From Thermoflexus hugenholtzii JAD2 (GTDB taxonomy: Bacteria > Chloroflexota > UBA11872 > UBA12225): a stretch of DNA of 64,000 bases. The notes beneath the pieces were generated by a model that was not told where the DNA came from, ran no database searches, and was given only the letters and a program-made list of their open reading frames with translations. Every line of letters starts with the position of its first letter. The stretch's first letter is position 1. The stretch lies in assembly GCA_945865725.1 (NCBI GenBank), contig CAMBEO010000002.1, positions 14,668 to 78,667 of the forward strand, given 5' to 3'. The position numbers were made by a program, and so were the translations under genes. Shown here in pieces: positions 37,792 through 46,981 of this stretch.

Positions 37792-39324
37792 GTGAACGGA
37801 CTGCCACTGATCTCGATCATGCTCGCCGTGCCACTGCTTGGCGCGGCGTGGACGCTCGCCGGCGGGGCAGGCGCCCGGTGGATCGGCATGCTGGCGGCGG
37901 GCGCGACGTTTGCCCTGTCCGCCGCGCTGTGGGTGGGCCACGTGCCGGGCGGGCCCGCATTCCAGTTCGAGGAACGCGTCGCATGGTTGCCTGACCTCGG
38001 GATCAGCTACCACGTGGGGATCGACGGCGTGAGCCTGCTCCTCGCGCTGCTGACGACGGTGTTCGTGCCGATCGCGCTGGTCGCGTCCGCCACGACGGTC
38101 ACCACCCGGGTCCGGGAGTTCGTCGCGCTCGTGCTCGTGCTCGAGTTCGCGATCCTCGGGGCCCTGGTCTCGCTCGACCTCTTCGGCTTCTACGTGTTCT
38201 TCGAGCTCATGCTCGTGCCGACGTTCCTGCTCGTCGGGATCTGGGGCGGGGCACGACGCGCGGCGGCGGCGATGCAGTTCTTCCTGTACACGATGGTCGG
38301 GAGCGTTGCGATGCTCGTGGGGATCATCGCCCTCGGCCGGTCGCGCGGGACCTTCGACTACGTCGAACTGCAGGCGTCGCTGGCAAGGCCTGGTGGCGCG
38401 CTTTCGGGCACCGACGAGATGTGGCTGTTCGTGGCCTTCGCCCTCGCCTTCGCGATCAAGGTCCCGCTCGTCCCGATGCACTCGTGGCTGCCGGAGGCGT
38501 ACGTGCAGGCCCCGCTTCCGGTCACCGTCCTGATGTCGTCGGTGATGGTGAAGGTCGGCGCCTACGGGTTCCTTCGCTTCTGCCTCGGGCTGTTCCCCGG
38601 TGCCGCGCAGGAGGCAAGCTGGGTGGTTGCGCTCCTCGCCACCATCGGGATCGTCTACGGCGCACTGGTGGCGTCCCGGCAGCGGGACTTGAAGCGGCTG
38701 GTCGCCTGGTCGTCGATCAGCCACCTCGGGTTCGTGATGCTCGGCTTGGTCGCGGCGACGACGGAAGCGATCCAAGGCAGCGTGATCCAGATGGTCAACC
38801 ATGGCGTGTCGACGGGAGCCCTGTTCCTGCTCGTCGGCATGCTTCACGAGCGGGCGCGCACGTGGGCCATCGACCAGTTTGGCGGCGTGGCACGTGCGAT
38901 GCCGGCCTTTGGGGCGGCGCTGGTGCTCGTCGTGTTCTCGTCGGCGGGGCTGCCATTCACGAACGGGTTCACGGGCGAGTTCCTGATCCTCATCGGGACG
39001 TTCCGCTCGCCCGCGACGCACCTGCAGGCCTTCGCCATCGTCGGGGCGACCGGCGTGGTCCTCGGTGCGCTGTACCTGCTGCGGATGTACCGGAAGGTCA
39101 TGCAGGGACCCGTCAACCCGGCGTTCATCTCGCCCGGAGGTGACGGTCCCCAACGCGTCACGATCGCGGACTTGACAGGGCGCGAGGCGTGCCTGCTCGC
39201 ACCGCTGGCCGTGCTGATCTTCTGGATCGGCGTGTATCCGAAGCCGTTCCTCGACCAGACTGCACCAGCGGCCCGGACGGTCGCCGCTGCCGTGGGCGGC
39301 GAGGCGGGCAAGGCACCGCGCTAG
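37792..39324 (+). CDS. nuoM: NADH-quinone oxidoreductase subunit M
   Basis: ND4-like: KVPLVPMHSWLPEAYVQAPLPVTVLMSSVMVKVGAYGFLRF; GTG start at 37792. Confidence 0.94.
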   Translation: MNGLPLISIMLAVPLLGAAWTLAGGAGARWIGMLAAGATFALSAALWVGHVPGGPAFQFEERVAWLPDLGISYHVGIDGVSLLLALLTTVFVPIALVASATTVTTRVREFVALVLVLEFAILGALVSLDLFGFYVFFELMLVPTFLLVGIWGGARRAAAAMQFFLYTMVGSVAMLVGIIALGRSRGTFDYVELQASLARPGGALSGTDEMWLFVAFALAFAIKVPLVPMHSWLPEAYVQAPLPVTVLMSSVMVKVGAYGFLRFCLGLFPGAAQEASWVVALLATIGIVYGALVASRQRDLKRLVAWSSISHLGFVMLGLVAATTEAIQGSVIQMVNHGVSTGALFLLVGMLHERARTWAIDQFGGVARAMPAFGAALVLVVFSSAGLPFTNGFTGEFLILIGTFRSPATHLQAFAIVGATGVVLGALYLLRMYRKVMQGPVNPAFISPGGDGPQRVTIADLTGREACLLAPLAVLIFWIGVYPKPFLDQTAPAARTVAAAVGGEAGKAPR

Positions 39325-39367
39325 CGGGGCGGGTTGGTCGGCGCCGGGTACGCGCCCGCCGTGGAAG

Positions 39368-40876
39368 GTGGATCTCATGACGTTTGCCCTGCCCGCGCTC
39401 GACTGGTGGGCGATCGCACCGATGCTGGTGCTGGTGCTGACCGGCTGCGCGACGCTCGTCGCCGAGCTCGTCCGGGGCGACGACGCCGGGCGCGCGCCCC
39501 TGGCGTGGTTGACGGTCGCCGGCGCGTCCGTGTCCGGGGGCATCGCGCTCGGCCAGTGGGATGACCCCGCGCGCCTCGCGTTCAGCGACATGGTTTCGTC
39601 CGACCGGTTCACGCTGTTCTTCACGGTGTTGTTCTTGGTGGTGACCTGCGTGACGGTGCTTTTCGCCTTCGAGCAGTTACGGCGCGAGGACTTCCACCCG
39701 GGCGAGTTCTATCCACTGCTGGCGTTCTCGACGATCGGGATGGTCCTGATGGCCGCGGCGGCGGACCTCGTGATCACCTTCATCGGCGTGGAGCTGCTGA
39801 GCATCTGCCTGTACATCCTGGTCGGCTTCTCGCGCCGGCGCCGCGAGCCCGAGGAGTCCGCGATCAAGTACCTGTTGCTTGGCTCCTTCGCCTCGGCGTT
39901 CCTGCTCTATGGGATCGCGCTGGTGTACGGAAGCACGGGCACGACAAGCCTCGCGTGCGTCGGGCGGGCGCTGGGCGCACCGGGTGGCCTGGTGGGCGCG
40001 TGCGAAGGGGCCGTCGCGACCGGGAGCGTGGCGACCGGGATGCTCCTCGCCGGCATCGGCCTGCTCGTCGTCGGCCTCGGGTTCAAGGCGGCGCTGGTGC
40101 CGTTCCACTCGTGGGCCCCTGACGTGTACGAGGGGGCGCCGACGGCGATCACGGCGTTCATGAGCGTCGGCGTGAAGGCTGCCGCGTTCGCGGCGCTGCT
40201 GCGCGTGTTCCTCGTGGCGTTCCCGACCCTCGCGCCCGACTGGTCCGTCCTGCTCGCGGTGGTGGCGACGGTGACGATGGTGACCGGGAACACGGTGGCG
40301 CTGTTCCAGCGGAACATCAAGCGCATGCTCGGGTACTCCAGCATCGCGCACGCCGGCTACCTCCTCGTCGCGATCGTCGCGGCGAGCCACGCCGGGGCGG
40401 CGAGCTTGCTGTTCTACGCGGTCGGCTACGCCGCGATGAACCTGGGCGCGTTCGCGATCGTGGTCGTGCTCGGGCGGGCGGGGGAGGAGCGCGTCGCGAT
40501 CAGCGACTATGCGGGCCTGTCGCAACGGCAGCCCCTGCTCGCGGCACTGATGGCGACATTCATGTTCGCCCTGGCCGGGGTCCCGCCAACCGTCGGCTTC
40601 GTTGGCAAGTTCTACGTGTTTTCGGCGGCGGTCGATGCCGGGTACGTCTGGCTCGCGCTCGCTGGGCTAGCCTCCAGCGTGGCAAGTGCGTACTACTACC
40701 TGCGTGTCGTTTATCAGATGTACATGGTCGATCCGAAAGAAGTCGTCGCGAGTCACTCGCCGCATCGTTGGGTTTCCCTCGTCGCGACGGTCGCGGGGTT
40801 CGCTGTGATCGCCCTGGGCGTGTTCCCGGGCGGGATCATCGGGGTCGCGACCGCCTCAACCTCGTTCGTGAGGTAG
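39368..40876 (+). CDS. nuoN: NADH-quinone oxidoreductase subunit N
   Basis: ND2-like: FKAALVPFHSWAPDVYEGAPTAITAFMSVGVKAAAF. Start at GTG 39368 or ATG 39377. Confidence 0.93.
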   Translation: MDLMTFALPALDWWAIAPMLVLVLTGCATLVAELVRGDDAGRAPLAWLTVAGASVSGGIALGQWDDPARLAFSDMVSSDRFTLFFTVLFLVVTCVTVLFAFEQLRREDFHPGEFYPLLAFSTIGMVLMAAAADLVITFIGVELLSICLYILVGFSRRRREPEESAIKYLLLGSFASAFLLYGIALVYGSTGTTSLACVGRALGAPGGLVGACEGAVATGSVATGMLLAGIGLLVVGLGFKAALVPFHSWAPDVYEGAPTAITAFMSVGVKAAAFAALLRVFLVAFPTLAPDWSVLLAVVATVTMVTGNTVALFQRNIKRMLGYSSIAHAGYLLVAIVAASHAGAASLLFYAVGYAAMNLGAFAIVVVLGRAGEERVAISDYAGLSQRQPLLAALMATFMFALAGVPPTVGFVGKFYVFSAAVDAGYVWLALAGLASSVASAYYYLRVVYQMYMVDPKEVVASHSPHRWVSLVATVAGFAVIALGVFPGGIIGVATASTSFVR

Positions 40877-40893
40877 CAGGTGGGGACGGACAG

Positions 40894-41031
40894 CCCCCAC
40901 CATCGTTATCCGCGTACGCGATCCCTCCCCCGCTGCGGCGGGAGAGGGAAGCACTGTCGCCCTCACCACTACCCTTACCCCCACCCTCAGTCCCTCCCCC
41001 GCTGCGGCGGGAGAGGGAGGGAGTACGCCCC
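40894..41031. repeat. palindromic-repeat cluster: module C + module A, in the nuoN-argF gap
   Basis: Module C at 40894-40954 (core 40923-40949). Module A at 40977-41031 (core 40992-41018) is 55/55 identical to 42074-42128. Confidence 0.95.
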
Positions 41032-41058
41032 ATCATCCAGCCTGAGGAGGCTTCGGCC

Positions 41059-42045
41059 GTGACCAATGACATCGACACGTTCGAGAGTGCCCGCGTCCCC
41101 CACGCGCCCGCCGAGGCCTTGCGGGGGCGCGACGTGCTGTCGATCGCGGATTTCAGCGCGGCGGAGCTTCGGACGATCCTGCGCCGGGCGCACGCGCTGA
41201 AACTGGAGCGGCGGTCAGGCGTCCCGCACCGCATCCTCGAAGGCCGGACGCTGGCAATGATCTTCGAGAAGCCGAGTCTGCGGACCAGGTGCACTTTTGA
41301 GACCGGCATGACCCAGTTCGGCGGGCACGCGATCGACCTGGCGCAAGAACACATGCAGATGGGAACGCGCGAGAGCGTGCCCGATGTCGCGCGCAACCTG
41401 GACCGCTGGGTTGACGTGATCATGGCGCGGGTCTACTCGCACCGGACGGTCGTCGAGCTGGCTGCTCACGCGAAGGTGCCGGTGATCAACGGGCTGTCTG
41501 ACTTCAGCCATCCGTGCCAGATCCTCGCGGACCTCCAGACGATCGAGGAGCGCCTGGGTCGCCTGACCAGCTTGAAGATCGCGTACGTGGGCGACGGCAA
41601 CAACGTGACGAACTCGCTGATCTTCGCGGCTGGCGTGCTTGGCCTTGACCTGCACGTGGGGGCACCGGAGGGCTTCCAACCGGACGCCGCGGTCCTCGGC
41701 CGGGCGCGGGCGCTCGCGTCGCGCAGCGATGGCGAGATCGTCGTCCACACCAACCCGGCTGACGCGGTGGACATGGCGGACGTGGTCTATACCGACTCAT
41801 GGGTCAGCATGGGGCAGGAGGGCGAGTCCGGGTCCCGCCTGAAAGTCTTCCCGCCGTACCAGGTGAACGCCGCCCTGATGGCGCGGGCCCGGCCGGAGGC
41901 GATCGTGATGCACTGCCTTCCGGCCCATCGCGGCCTTGAGATCACGGACGAGGTGATGGACGGGCCGCAGTCGGTCGTGTTCGACCAGGCCGAGAATCGG
42001 TTGCATGCGCAGAAGGCGCTCCTTGCACTCGTGCTCGGCGCCTAA
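41059..42045 (+). CDS. argF: ornithine carbamoyltransferase
   Basis: FEKPSLRTRCTFE, HPCQILAD, DGNNV and HCLPAHRGLEITDEV. GTG 41059 sits 8 nt after GAGGAGG; the ORF is open from 40768 only through repeats and the nuoN 3' end. Confidence 0.93.
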   Translation: MTNDIDTFESARVPHAPAEALRGRDVLSIADFSAAELRTILRRAHALKLERRSGVPHRILEGRTLAMIFEKPSLRTRCTFETGMTQFGGHAIDLAQEHMQMGTRESVPDVARNLDRWVDVIMARVYSHRTVVELAAHAKVPVINGLSDFSHPCQILADLQTIEERLGRLTSLKIAYVGDGNNVTNSLIFAAGVLGLDLHVGAPEGFQPDAAVLGRARALASRSDGEIVVHTNPADAVDMADVVYTDSWVSMGQEGESGSRLKVFPPYQVNAALMARARPEAIVMHCLPAHRGLEITDEVMDGPQSVVFDQAENRLHAQKALLALVLGA

Positions 42046-42048
42046 TCA

Positions 42049-42128
42049 GCGGGGGGAGAGGGAAGCACGGGAGACCCCCACCCTCAGTCCCTCCCCCGCT
42101 GCGGCGGGAGAGGGAGGGAGTACGCCCC
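42049..42128. repeat. half core + module A downstream of argF
   Basis: 42049-42067 is a 3' half core, CGGGGGGAGAGGGAAGCAC. 42074-42128 is a full module A (core 42089-42115) identical to 40977-41031. Confidence 0.95.
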
Positions 42129-42204
42129 GTCGGCGATCGGTGCCGGGGTATGCTGGCCTGAGGGTCGCCATGCGTGACGGTGGCGCCGGGACGGGGTCTG
42201 CGAC

Positions 42205-43056
42205 ATGCAGCAGGCGTTATGGCTGGTCGGCAAGGTCACGCCCCTCGGCATCTTGGACGTCGCCCTTGTCACGCTGATCATCTACGGCTTCCTCGCGCTG
42301 ATCCGGGGCACGCAGGCCGACCAGCTCGTGCGGGGCGTGCTCATCCTGCTCCTGGCGACGGGATTGCTCGGCTCGCTCCTTAACTTGACCATCCTCAACT
42401 GGCTCGTCCAGAACAGCCTGCCGGCGGTCCTCGTGACCCTGCCGGTCGTGTTCCAGCCGGAGTTGCGGCGCGTGCTCGAGCAACTTGGACGCACCGGCAA
42501 CATCCTGGCCGGGCCAAGGCTGCGCGTCGCGGCGCATCACGGGGTGATGGTGGCCGAGGAGGTGGCGAAGACCTGCCAGTTGCTGGTGGACCGGGGATTC
42601 GGCGCGTTGGTAGTGATCGAGCGCCTGACCGGCCTGGAGGAGTTCGTGCAGTCGGCGACCCGGCTTGACGCGCTGGTCTCGGCCGACCTGCTCAACCAGA
42701 TCTTCTACAAGGGGTCGCCGCTGCACGATGGGGCGGCCTTGATCCGGGGTGATCGCATCGTGGCCGCTCGATGCCTGTTGCCCCTCAGCGACAACCAGGA
42801 CCTCGCGCCGGAGGTCGGGACGCGGCATCGGGCGGCGGTCGGCATCACCGAGGCGACGGATGCGGTGTGCGTCGTGGTCTCGGAGGAGACCGGGGCGATC
42901 TCGATCTGCGAGAAGGGCCGCATGACCCGGGTGGCGGATGCGGCGCACGTCGCTGGGTTCCTGTTGCCGATCATCGGTGGCGGGACGGCCACCGACCGTG
43001 TCGTTCACGCGCGTGACGAGGGCGCTGGTGGCATCGTCGCGAAGGGTGCGGCGTGA
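42205..43056 (+). CDS. cdaA: diadenylate cyclase CdaA (DacA)
   Basis: Three N-terminal TM helices plus a DisA_N/DAC domain (GALVVIER, SPLHDGAALIRGDRIVAARCLLPLS, GTRHRAAVGITEATDAVCVVVSEETGAIS). Confidence 0.93.
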   Translation: MQQALWLVGKVTPLGILDVALVTLIIYGFLALIRGTQADQLVRGVLILLLATGLLGSLLNLTILNWLVQNSLPAVLVTLPVVFQPELRRVLEQLGRTGNILAGPRLRVAAHHGVMVAEEVAKTCQLLVDRGFGALVVIERLTGLEEFVQSATRLDALVSADLLNQIFYKGSPLHDGAALIRGDRIVAARCLLPLSDNQDLAPEVGTRHRAAVGITEATDAVCVVVSEETGAISICEKGRMTRVADAAHVAGFLLPIIGGGTATDRVVHARDEGAGGIVAKGAA

Positions 43057-43072
43057 TGGGGGCCCTGCGGTG

Positions 43073-44323
43073 ATGTCGGTCGCCCGCGCGGCAAGCGCGG
43101 TCGCCGGCGCGGTCATGACCTGGCGCTTCGTCCTCGCGCTGGTGGTGGCGGTGGCGTTGTGGGTGCGCCTGACGATCGCGCAAAACCCCGAGAGGGAGGA
43201 CGCGTACCCGACCGACATTCCCGTCGAGGTGCGTGGGCTGGCGCCATCGCTGGTCGTCGCGAACGACCTGGGGATGATCCGCGTCCGGATCGCGGCGCCG
43301 GAGGCGTCGTGGCGTCGCCTGCAAGCGTCCAACTTTCGAGCGACTGTTGACCTTGCGCTGCTCCCGGCGGGTTTCCACCAGAGGGACATCGTCGTCGAGT
43401 GTTCCGACCCGGACGTACGCTTGCAGGGAGCGGTGCCCGCGAAGGCCGCCGTCCGGGTCGAGGAGGTACGCACCACTGAAGTCCCGGTGCGTGCCAACTT
43501 GACCGGGTCCGTGCCGTTCGGCTTCCGTGTTGTCGGCGCCCCGGTGGTCCATCCGGCAGTGGTGAGCCTGAGCGGACCTGCAAGCGCCGTCGAGAAGGTG
43601 ACCGACGCGAACGTGACCGTGCGCATGGACGAGGTGCGATCGACGGTGGAACGAACGATCAAGCCCGAGGCGCGCGGGGCGGCCGGTGCGGTCGCAGGGG
43701 TACGGGTAGAACCGCAGTCGGTAAGCGTGACGGTCGAGGTAGAACAGATCGCCGGGTCAAAGGCAGTGCCGCTCATCGCGACGGTTCGGGGACAGCCTGC
43801 CCAGGGCTTCTGGCTTGCGGGCGTCAGCGTGGATCCGCCGACGGTCCAGGTCGTCGGCGATCCCGCGCAGCTGGAAAAGCTGACGTCACTTGCAACGCAG
43901 GACGTGGACCTCACCGCTGCGGGCGGAGACTTTTCCCGTTCGGTCGCCATCGTCCGGCCGGCGGGCGTGTCGATTGTCGGGGAGGTCCCCGCGACCGTGC
44001 GCGTCCGCGTGGCGGCCCTGCCGGGGCAGCAGTTGCGGTCGACGGTCGTCGTTCCCGCAGACCTGATGCCGGGCCATTACGCAACGGTGTTCCCGGAGGT
44101 CGTCTCGGTGCTGGTTTCCGGTCCGCAACCGGTGCTGCTTCGGCTCGGCGCCGGCGACCTCGTTGCGCATGTCGACCTGACGGCGCTCGGACCGGGCACC
44201 CTAGCGCTCCCCGTGAGCGTGGTTGGCCCGGACGGCGTGCGCATCGAACGAGTCGAACCAGAACTGGTATCGGTGGTGATCGGGCTTCAGATAACGTCGC
44301 CCGCCTCGCCCTCGACGAACTGA
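43073..44323 (+). CDS. cdaR: YbbR-domain protein (CdaR-like regulator of CdaA)
   Basis: N-terminal TM helix then repeated YbbR-like beta modules (VPVEVRGL..., VPVRANLTGSVPFGFRV..., VSVTVEVEQ...); lies immediately downstream of cdaA. Confidence 0.8.
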   Translation: MSVARAASAVAGAVMTWRFVLALVVAVALWVRLTIAQNPEREDAYPTDIPVEVRGLAPSLVVANDLGMIRVRIAAPEASWRRLQASNFRATVDLALLPAGFHQRDIVVECSDPDVRLQGAVPAKAAVRVEEVRTTEVPVRANLTGSVPFGFRVVGAPVVHPAVVSLSGPASAVEKVTDANVTVRMDEVRSTVERTIKPEARGAAGAVAGVRVEPQSVSVTVEVEQIAGSKAVPLIATVRGQPAQGFWLAGVSVDPPTVQVVGDPAQLEKLTSLATQDVDLTAAGGDFSRSVAIVRPAGVSIVGEVPATVRVRVAALPGQQLRSTVVVPADLMPGHYATVFPEVVSVLVSGPQPVLLRLGAGDLVAHVDLTALGPGTLALPVSVVGPDGVRIERVEPELVSVVIGLQITSPASPSTN

Positions 44324-44418
44324 CGGTACGGCCTGCACGGCCCGGTCGTTAGATGCCGGGAGGACCGGGTGCGGCTGGCTGGACGTCGGCGCTCCCGGTG
44401 CTGGGGTTTGGAGAATCC

Positions 44419-46122
44419 ATGGGAGACAGCGGAGCGGCGGGTGACGTGGGAGGGATGTCCGCGGACCGCGCGTACCGCTACCGCGTGCGCCGTGGCGTCG
44501 CGGAATGGTTCGACGGAGTGGCGGCGACGCGGCGGGAGTGGCGCGCGCGCAACGCGTACTACCACGGTGAGATCGCGCGGCTCGCGCGGCAGGTCATCCC
44601 GCCCGGCGCGCGCGTCCTGCTGCTCGGGTGCGCGACTGGCGACCTCCTCGCCTCGCTGCGCCCGTCTTTCGGGGTCGGTATCGACGTCAGTGGCGCGATG
44701 GTTCGCGAGGCGAATGCCCGGTGGGGACGTCCGGACGCAATCCCTGGCAGCACCCTCGCGTTCGTACAGGCCGACGCGCAAGAGTTGCCGTTCGCTTCGA
44801 GGTTCGACTTCATCGTCTGTTCCGACCTCCTCGGCTACCTCGAGGACATCCAGGCCATGCTGGTAGGCCTGCACGCGGTCTCGACGCCGCGGACGGCCAT
44901 CCTCGTCACGTCGTGGAACTGGGCGTGGCAACCGGCCCTGTGGCTTGCCGAACGGGTCGGCGCGAAGATGCCCGACCCGGGCCAGAACTGGTTGGGCCGG
45001 AACGACATCGAGAACCTGTTCGCCCTCTCCGACCTTGAACCGCGTGCGCGCGAGGCCGCGGTGCTGTCTCCGGTCAACCTCCCGGTCTTGGGTCCGCTCG
45101 TCAACCGGATCTTGATAAAGGTGCCTGCGCTGCAGCACTTGGCCCTCGTGCACGCATGGGTCGTGCGGCCCAAGGGGTTCCGGCCGGCACCGGAGGCCCT
45201 TTCGACGACGGTCCTCGTGCCGTGCCGGAACGAGGAGGGCAATATCCGCGCGGCGGTAGACCGCCTGCCCAAACTCGGGTCGCACGTGGAACTGATCTTC
45301 GTCGATGGCGCGTCGACGGACGGGACGCGGGCGGCGATCCTCGAGGAGATCGAGCGGTACCGGGGCGTGCGGGACATCAAGCTGCTCGACCAGGTTCCGG
45401 GGCCGGACAGTCGGCCTGACCCGAACTCGCCGTTCGCCGCGACGACCGGGTTCGTGAACGGCGGGTTGGTGGCGCCCGTTGCTCCCTTCCATCGGCCGCA
45501 ACACGCACCCCCAAACCCTGCGGCGGGAGAGGGAGGCACCATCGGCCCGGTGATCATGCTGAAGCTGGGCAAGGGCGACGCGGTACGCAAGGGCTTCGCC
45601 GCGGCGTCCGGGGACGTGCTGTTCATTCTTGATGCCGATTTGACGGTGCCCCCGGAGGACCTGCCGAAGTTCCTCGAACCGATCGCGGCGGGCCGGGCGG
45701 AGTTCGTGAACGGGACGCGCCTCGTTTACCCGCTCGAGGACGAGGCGATGGGTCCGATCAACTTCGTGGGAAACCGGTTCTTCAGCATCGTCTTCACGTG
45801 GCTGCTGGGACAGCCGATCAAGGACACCCTGTGCGGGACGAAGGTGCTGCGCCGATCGGACTACCGGATGCTGGCGGCGAACCGCGGGTACTTCGGGGAC
45901 TTCGACCCGTTCGGGGACTTCGACCTACTGTTCGGCGCGGCGAGGCTGGGCCTTCGAATCCTCGAGGTGCCAGTGCGGTACCGGCGACGGACGTCGGGCT
46001 ACTCCAAGGTGCTGGTCTTCAAGCACGGCATCCTGCTCCTGCAGATGAGCGTGATCGGGTTCCGGCGCCTCAAGCTGGCCCGCTGGCTCGGGCGTTCGGT
46101 GCCACCATCGGTCCCGGGATGA
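44419..46122 (+). CDS. SAM-dependent methyltransferase / family-2 glycosyltransferase fusion (carries an in-frame repeat)
   Basis: N-terminal class I methyltransferase region (ARVLLLGCATGDLLASL, DFIVCSDLLGYLEDI). C-terminal GT2 region (VLVPCRNEEGNI, FVDGASTDGT, GKGDAVRKGF, FILDADLTVPPEDL). ATG 44419 follows GGAGA. Repeat module B2 is read in frame at 45483-45540. Confidence 0.8.
   Translation: MGDSGAAGDVGGMSADRAYRYRVRRGVAEWFDGVAATRREWRARNAYYHGEIARLARQVIPPGARVLLLGCATGDLLASLRPSFGVGIDVSGAMVREANARWGRPDAIPGSTLAFVQADAQELPFASRFDFIVCSDLLGYLEDIQAMLVGLHAVSTPRTAILVTSWNWAWQPALWLAERVGAKMPDPGQNWLGRNDIENLFALSDLEPRAREAAVLSPVNLPVLGPLVNRILIKVPALQHLALVHAWVVRPKGFRPAPEALSTTVLVPCRNEEGNIRAAVDRLPKLGSHVELIFVDGASTDGTRAAILEEIERYRGVRDIKLLDQVPGPDSRPDPNSPFAATTGFVNGGLVAPVAPFHRPQHAPPNPAAGEGGTIGPVIMLKLGKGDAVRKGFAAASGDVLFILDADLTVPPEDLPKFLEPIAAGRAEFVNGTRLVYPLEDEAMGPINFVGNRFFSIVFTWLLGQPIKDTLCGTKVLRRSDYRMLAANRGYFGDFDPFGDFDLLFGAARLGLRILEVPVRYRRRTSGYSKVLVFKHGILLLQMSVIGFRRLKLARWLGRSVPPSVPG
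45483..45540. repeat. intragenic palindromic repeat (module B2) inside the GT2 domain
   Basis: TCCCTTCCATCGGCCGCAACACGCACCCCCAAACCCTGCGGCGGGAGAGGGAGGCACC, translated as APFHRPQHAPPNPAAGEGGT. It lies between the GT2 DxD-proximal strand and the GKGDA motif. Confidence 0.85.
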
Positions 46123-46147
46123 GCGTGACGCCGCTGGAGCGAGGGCC

Positions 46148-46981
46148 TTGACCTGGAGGTACGTCGAGGTCCGCGACCGGGACGGGCCGCTTTGGCGTCG
46201 CCTCCTGGGCGTATGGCGCCAACGCCGGTTGCTGCAACGCATGGCGCAACGAGACTTGCGGCAACGCTATGCGGGGGCGTCGCTGGGCACGTGGTGGGCG
46301 GTCGTGAACCCGCTGGTCTTCGTGGGCGCCTACACGCTGCTCTTCACGGTGATCTTTCGCGCACGGCTGACGCCGGACTCGGCGCCATCGGCCTACGCGC
46401 TGTACGTGGTAAGCGGCCTGTTGCCGTGGGTCGCGTTCACCGAGGTGGCGACGCGCGCGACGCAGACGGTCGCGGAGCACCGCGCCCTGATCAAGTACAC
46501 GATGTTCCCGGCCGAGTTGCTGCCGCTGACGGGCCTCTATGGGGCCATGCTCTCGCAGGTGGCCGGCTTTGTCGTCGTGGCGGGGGTAGGCATCATCGTG
46601 ACGGGAAACGTGCCATCCGGCGCGCTCTGGATCGTGCCGGCACTCGTGAGTCAGGTCGTGTTCCTGGCGGGGGTTGCCTGGCTGCTCGGGGCGGTGGGCG
46701 CGGCGTTCCGCGATGCACGCGAGGTCATCCAGATCCTTCTCACTGCGGGCATGTTCTTCACGCCAATCTTCTTCGACCCAAGCACGCTGCCCGCCCCCCT
46801 GCGCGCGGTTGTCCTGCTCAACCCGGTTGCACCACTCATCGAGGCGTTCCGGGGGGCAATCCTCGGCGCCCCGGTGGACGTGTCACGCCTCGCTGCCTTC
46901 GGCGCGCTTGCCGTGGTGCTTGCGATCGCCGGCTTCGCCGCCTTCGAACGTGTGCGGGGCGAACTTGCCGATGCCCTCTGA
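46148..46981 (+). CDS. ABC-2 type polysaccharide/teichoic-acid export permease (Wzm/TagG-like)
   Basis: RDLRQRYAGASLGTWWAVVNPLVFVGAYTLLFTVIF and six predicted TM segments. The TTG 46148 start is uncertain. Confidence 0.82.
   Translation: MTWRYVEVRDRDGPLWRRLLGVWRQRRLLQRMAQRDLRQRYAGASLGTWWAVVNPLVFVGAYTLLFTVIFRARLTPDSAPSAYALYVVSGLLPWVAFTEVATRATQTVAEHRALIKYTMFPAELLPLTGLYGAMLSQVAGFVVVAGVGIIVTGNVPSGALWIVPALVSQVVFLAGVAWLLGAVGAAFRDAREVIQILLTAGMFFTPIFFDPSTLPAPLRAVVLLNPVAPLIEAFRGAILGAPVDVSRLAAFGALAVVLAIAGFAAFERVRGELADAL

Noticed and set aside
7076-39624. Long ORFs antisense to or overlapping conserved genes, e.g. 7076-8299(-), 19241-21073(-), 28553-29953(-), 29922-31385(-), 35643-37709(-), 37417-39624(-) and 42217-43950(-).
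   Set aside because: They lie opposite well-conserved genes (infB, VanW, nuoF/G/L/M, cdaA/cdaR) and encode Arg/Pro/Ala/Gly-rich low-complexity strings with no recognisable motifs. They are the expected stop-codon-poor shadow frames of about 70% GC DNA.
42205-44323. cdaA-cdaR lacking the usual downstream glmM, considered as an anomaly.
   Set aside because: The cdaA-cdaR-glmM linkage is common but not universal, and glmM may simply be elsewhere; not informative without the whole genome.
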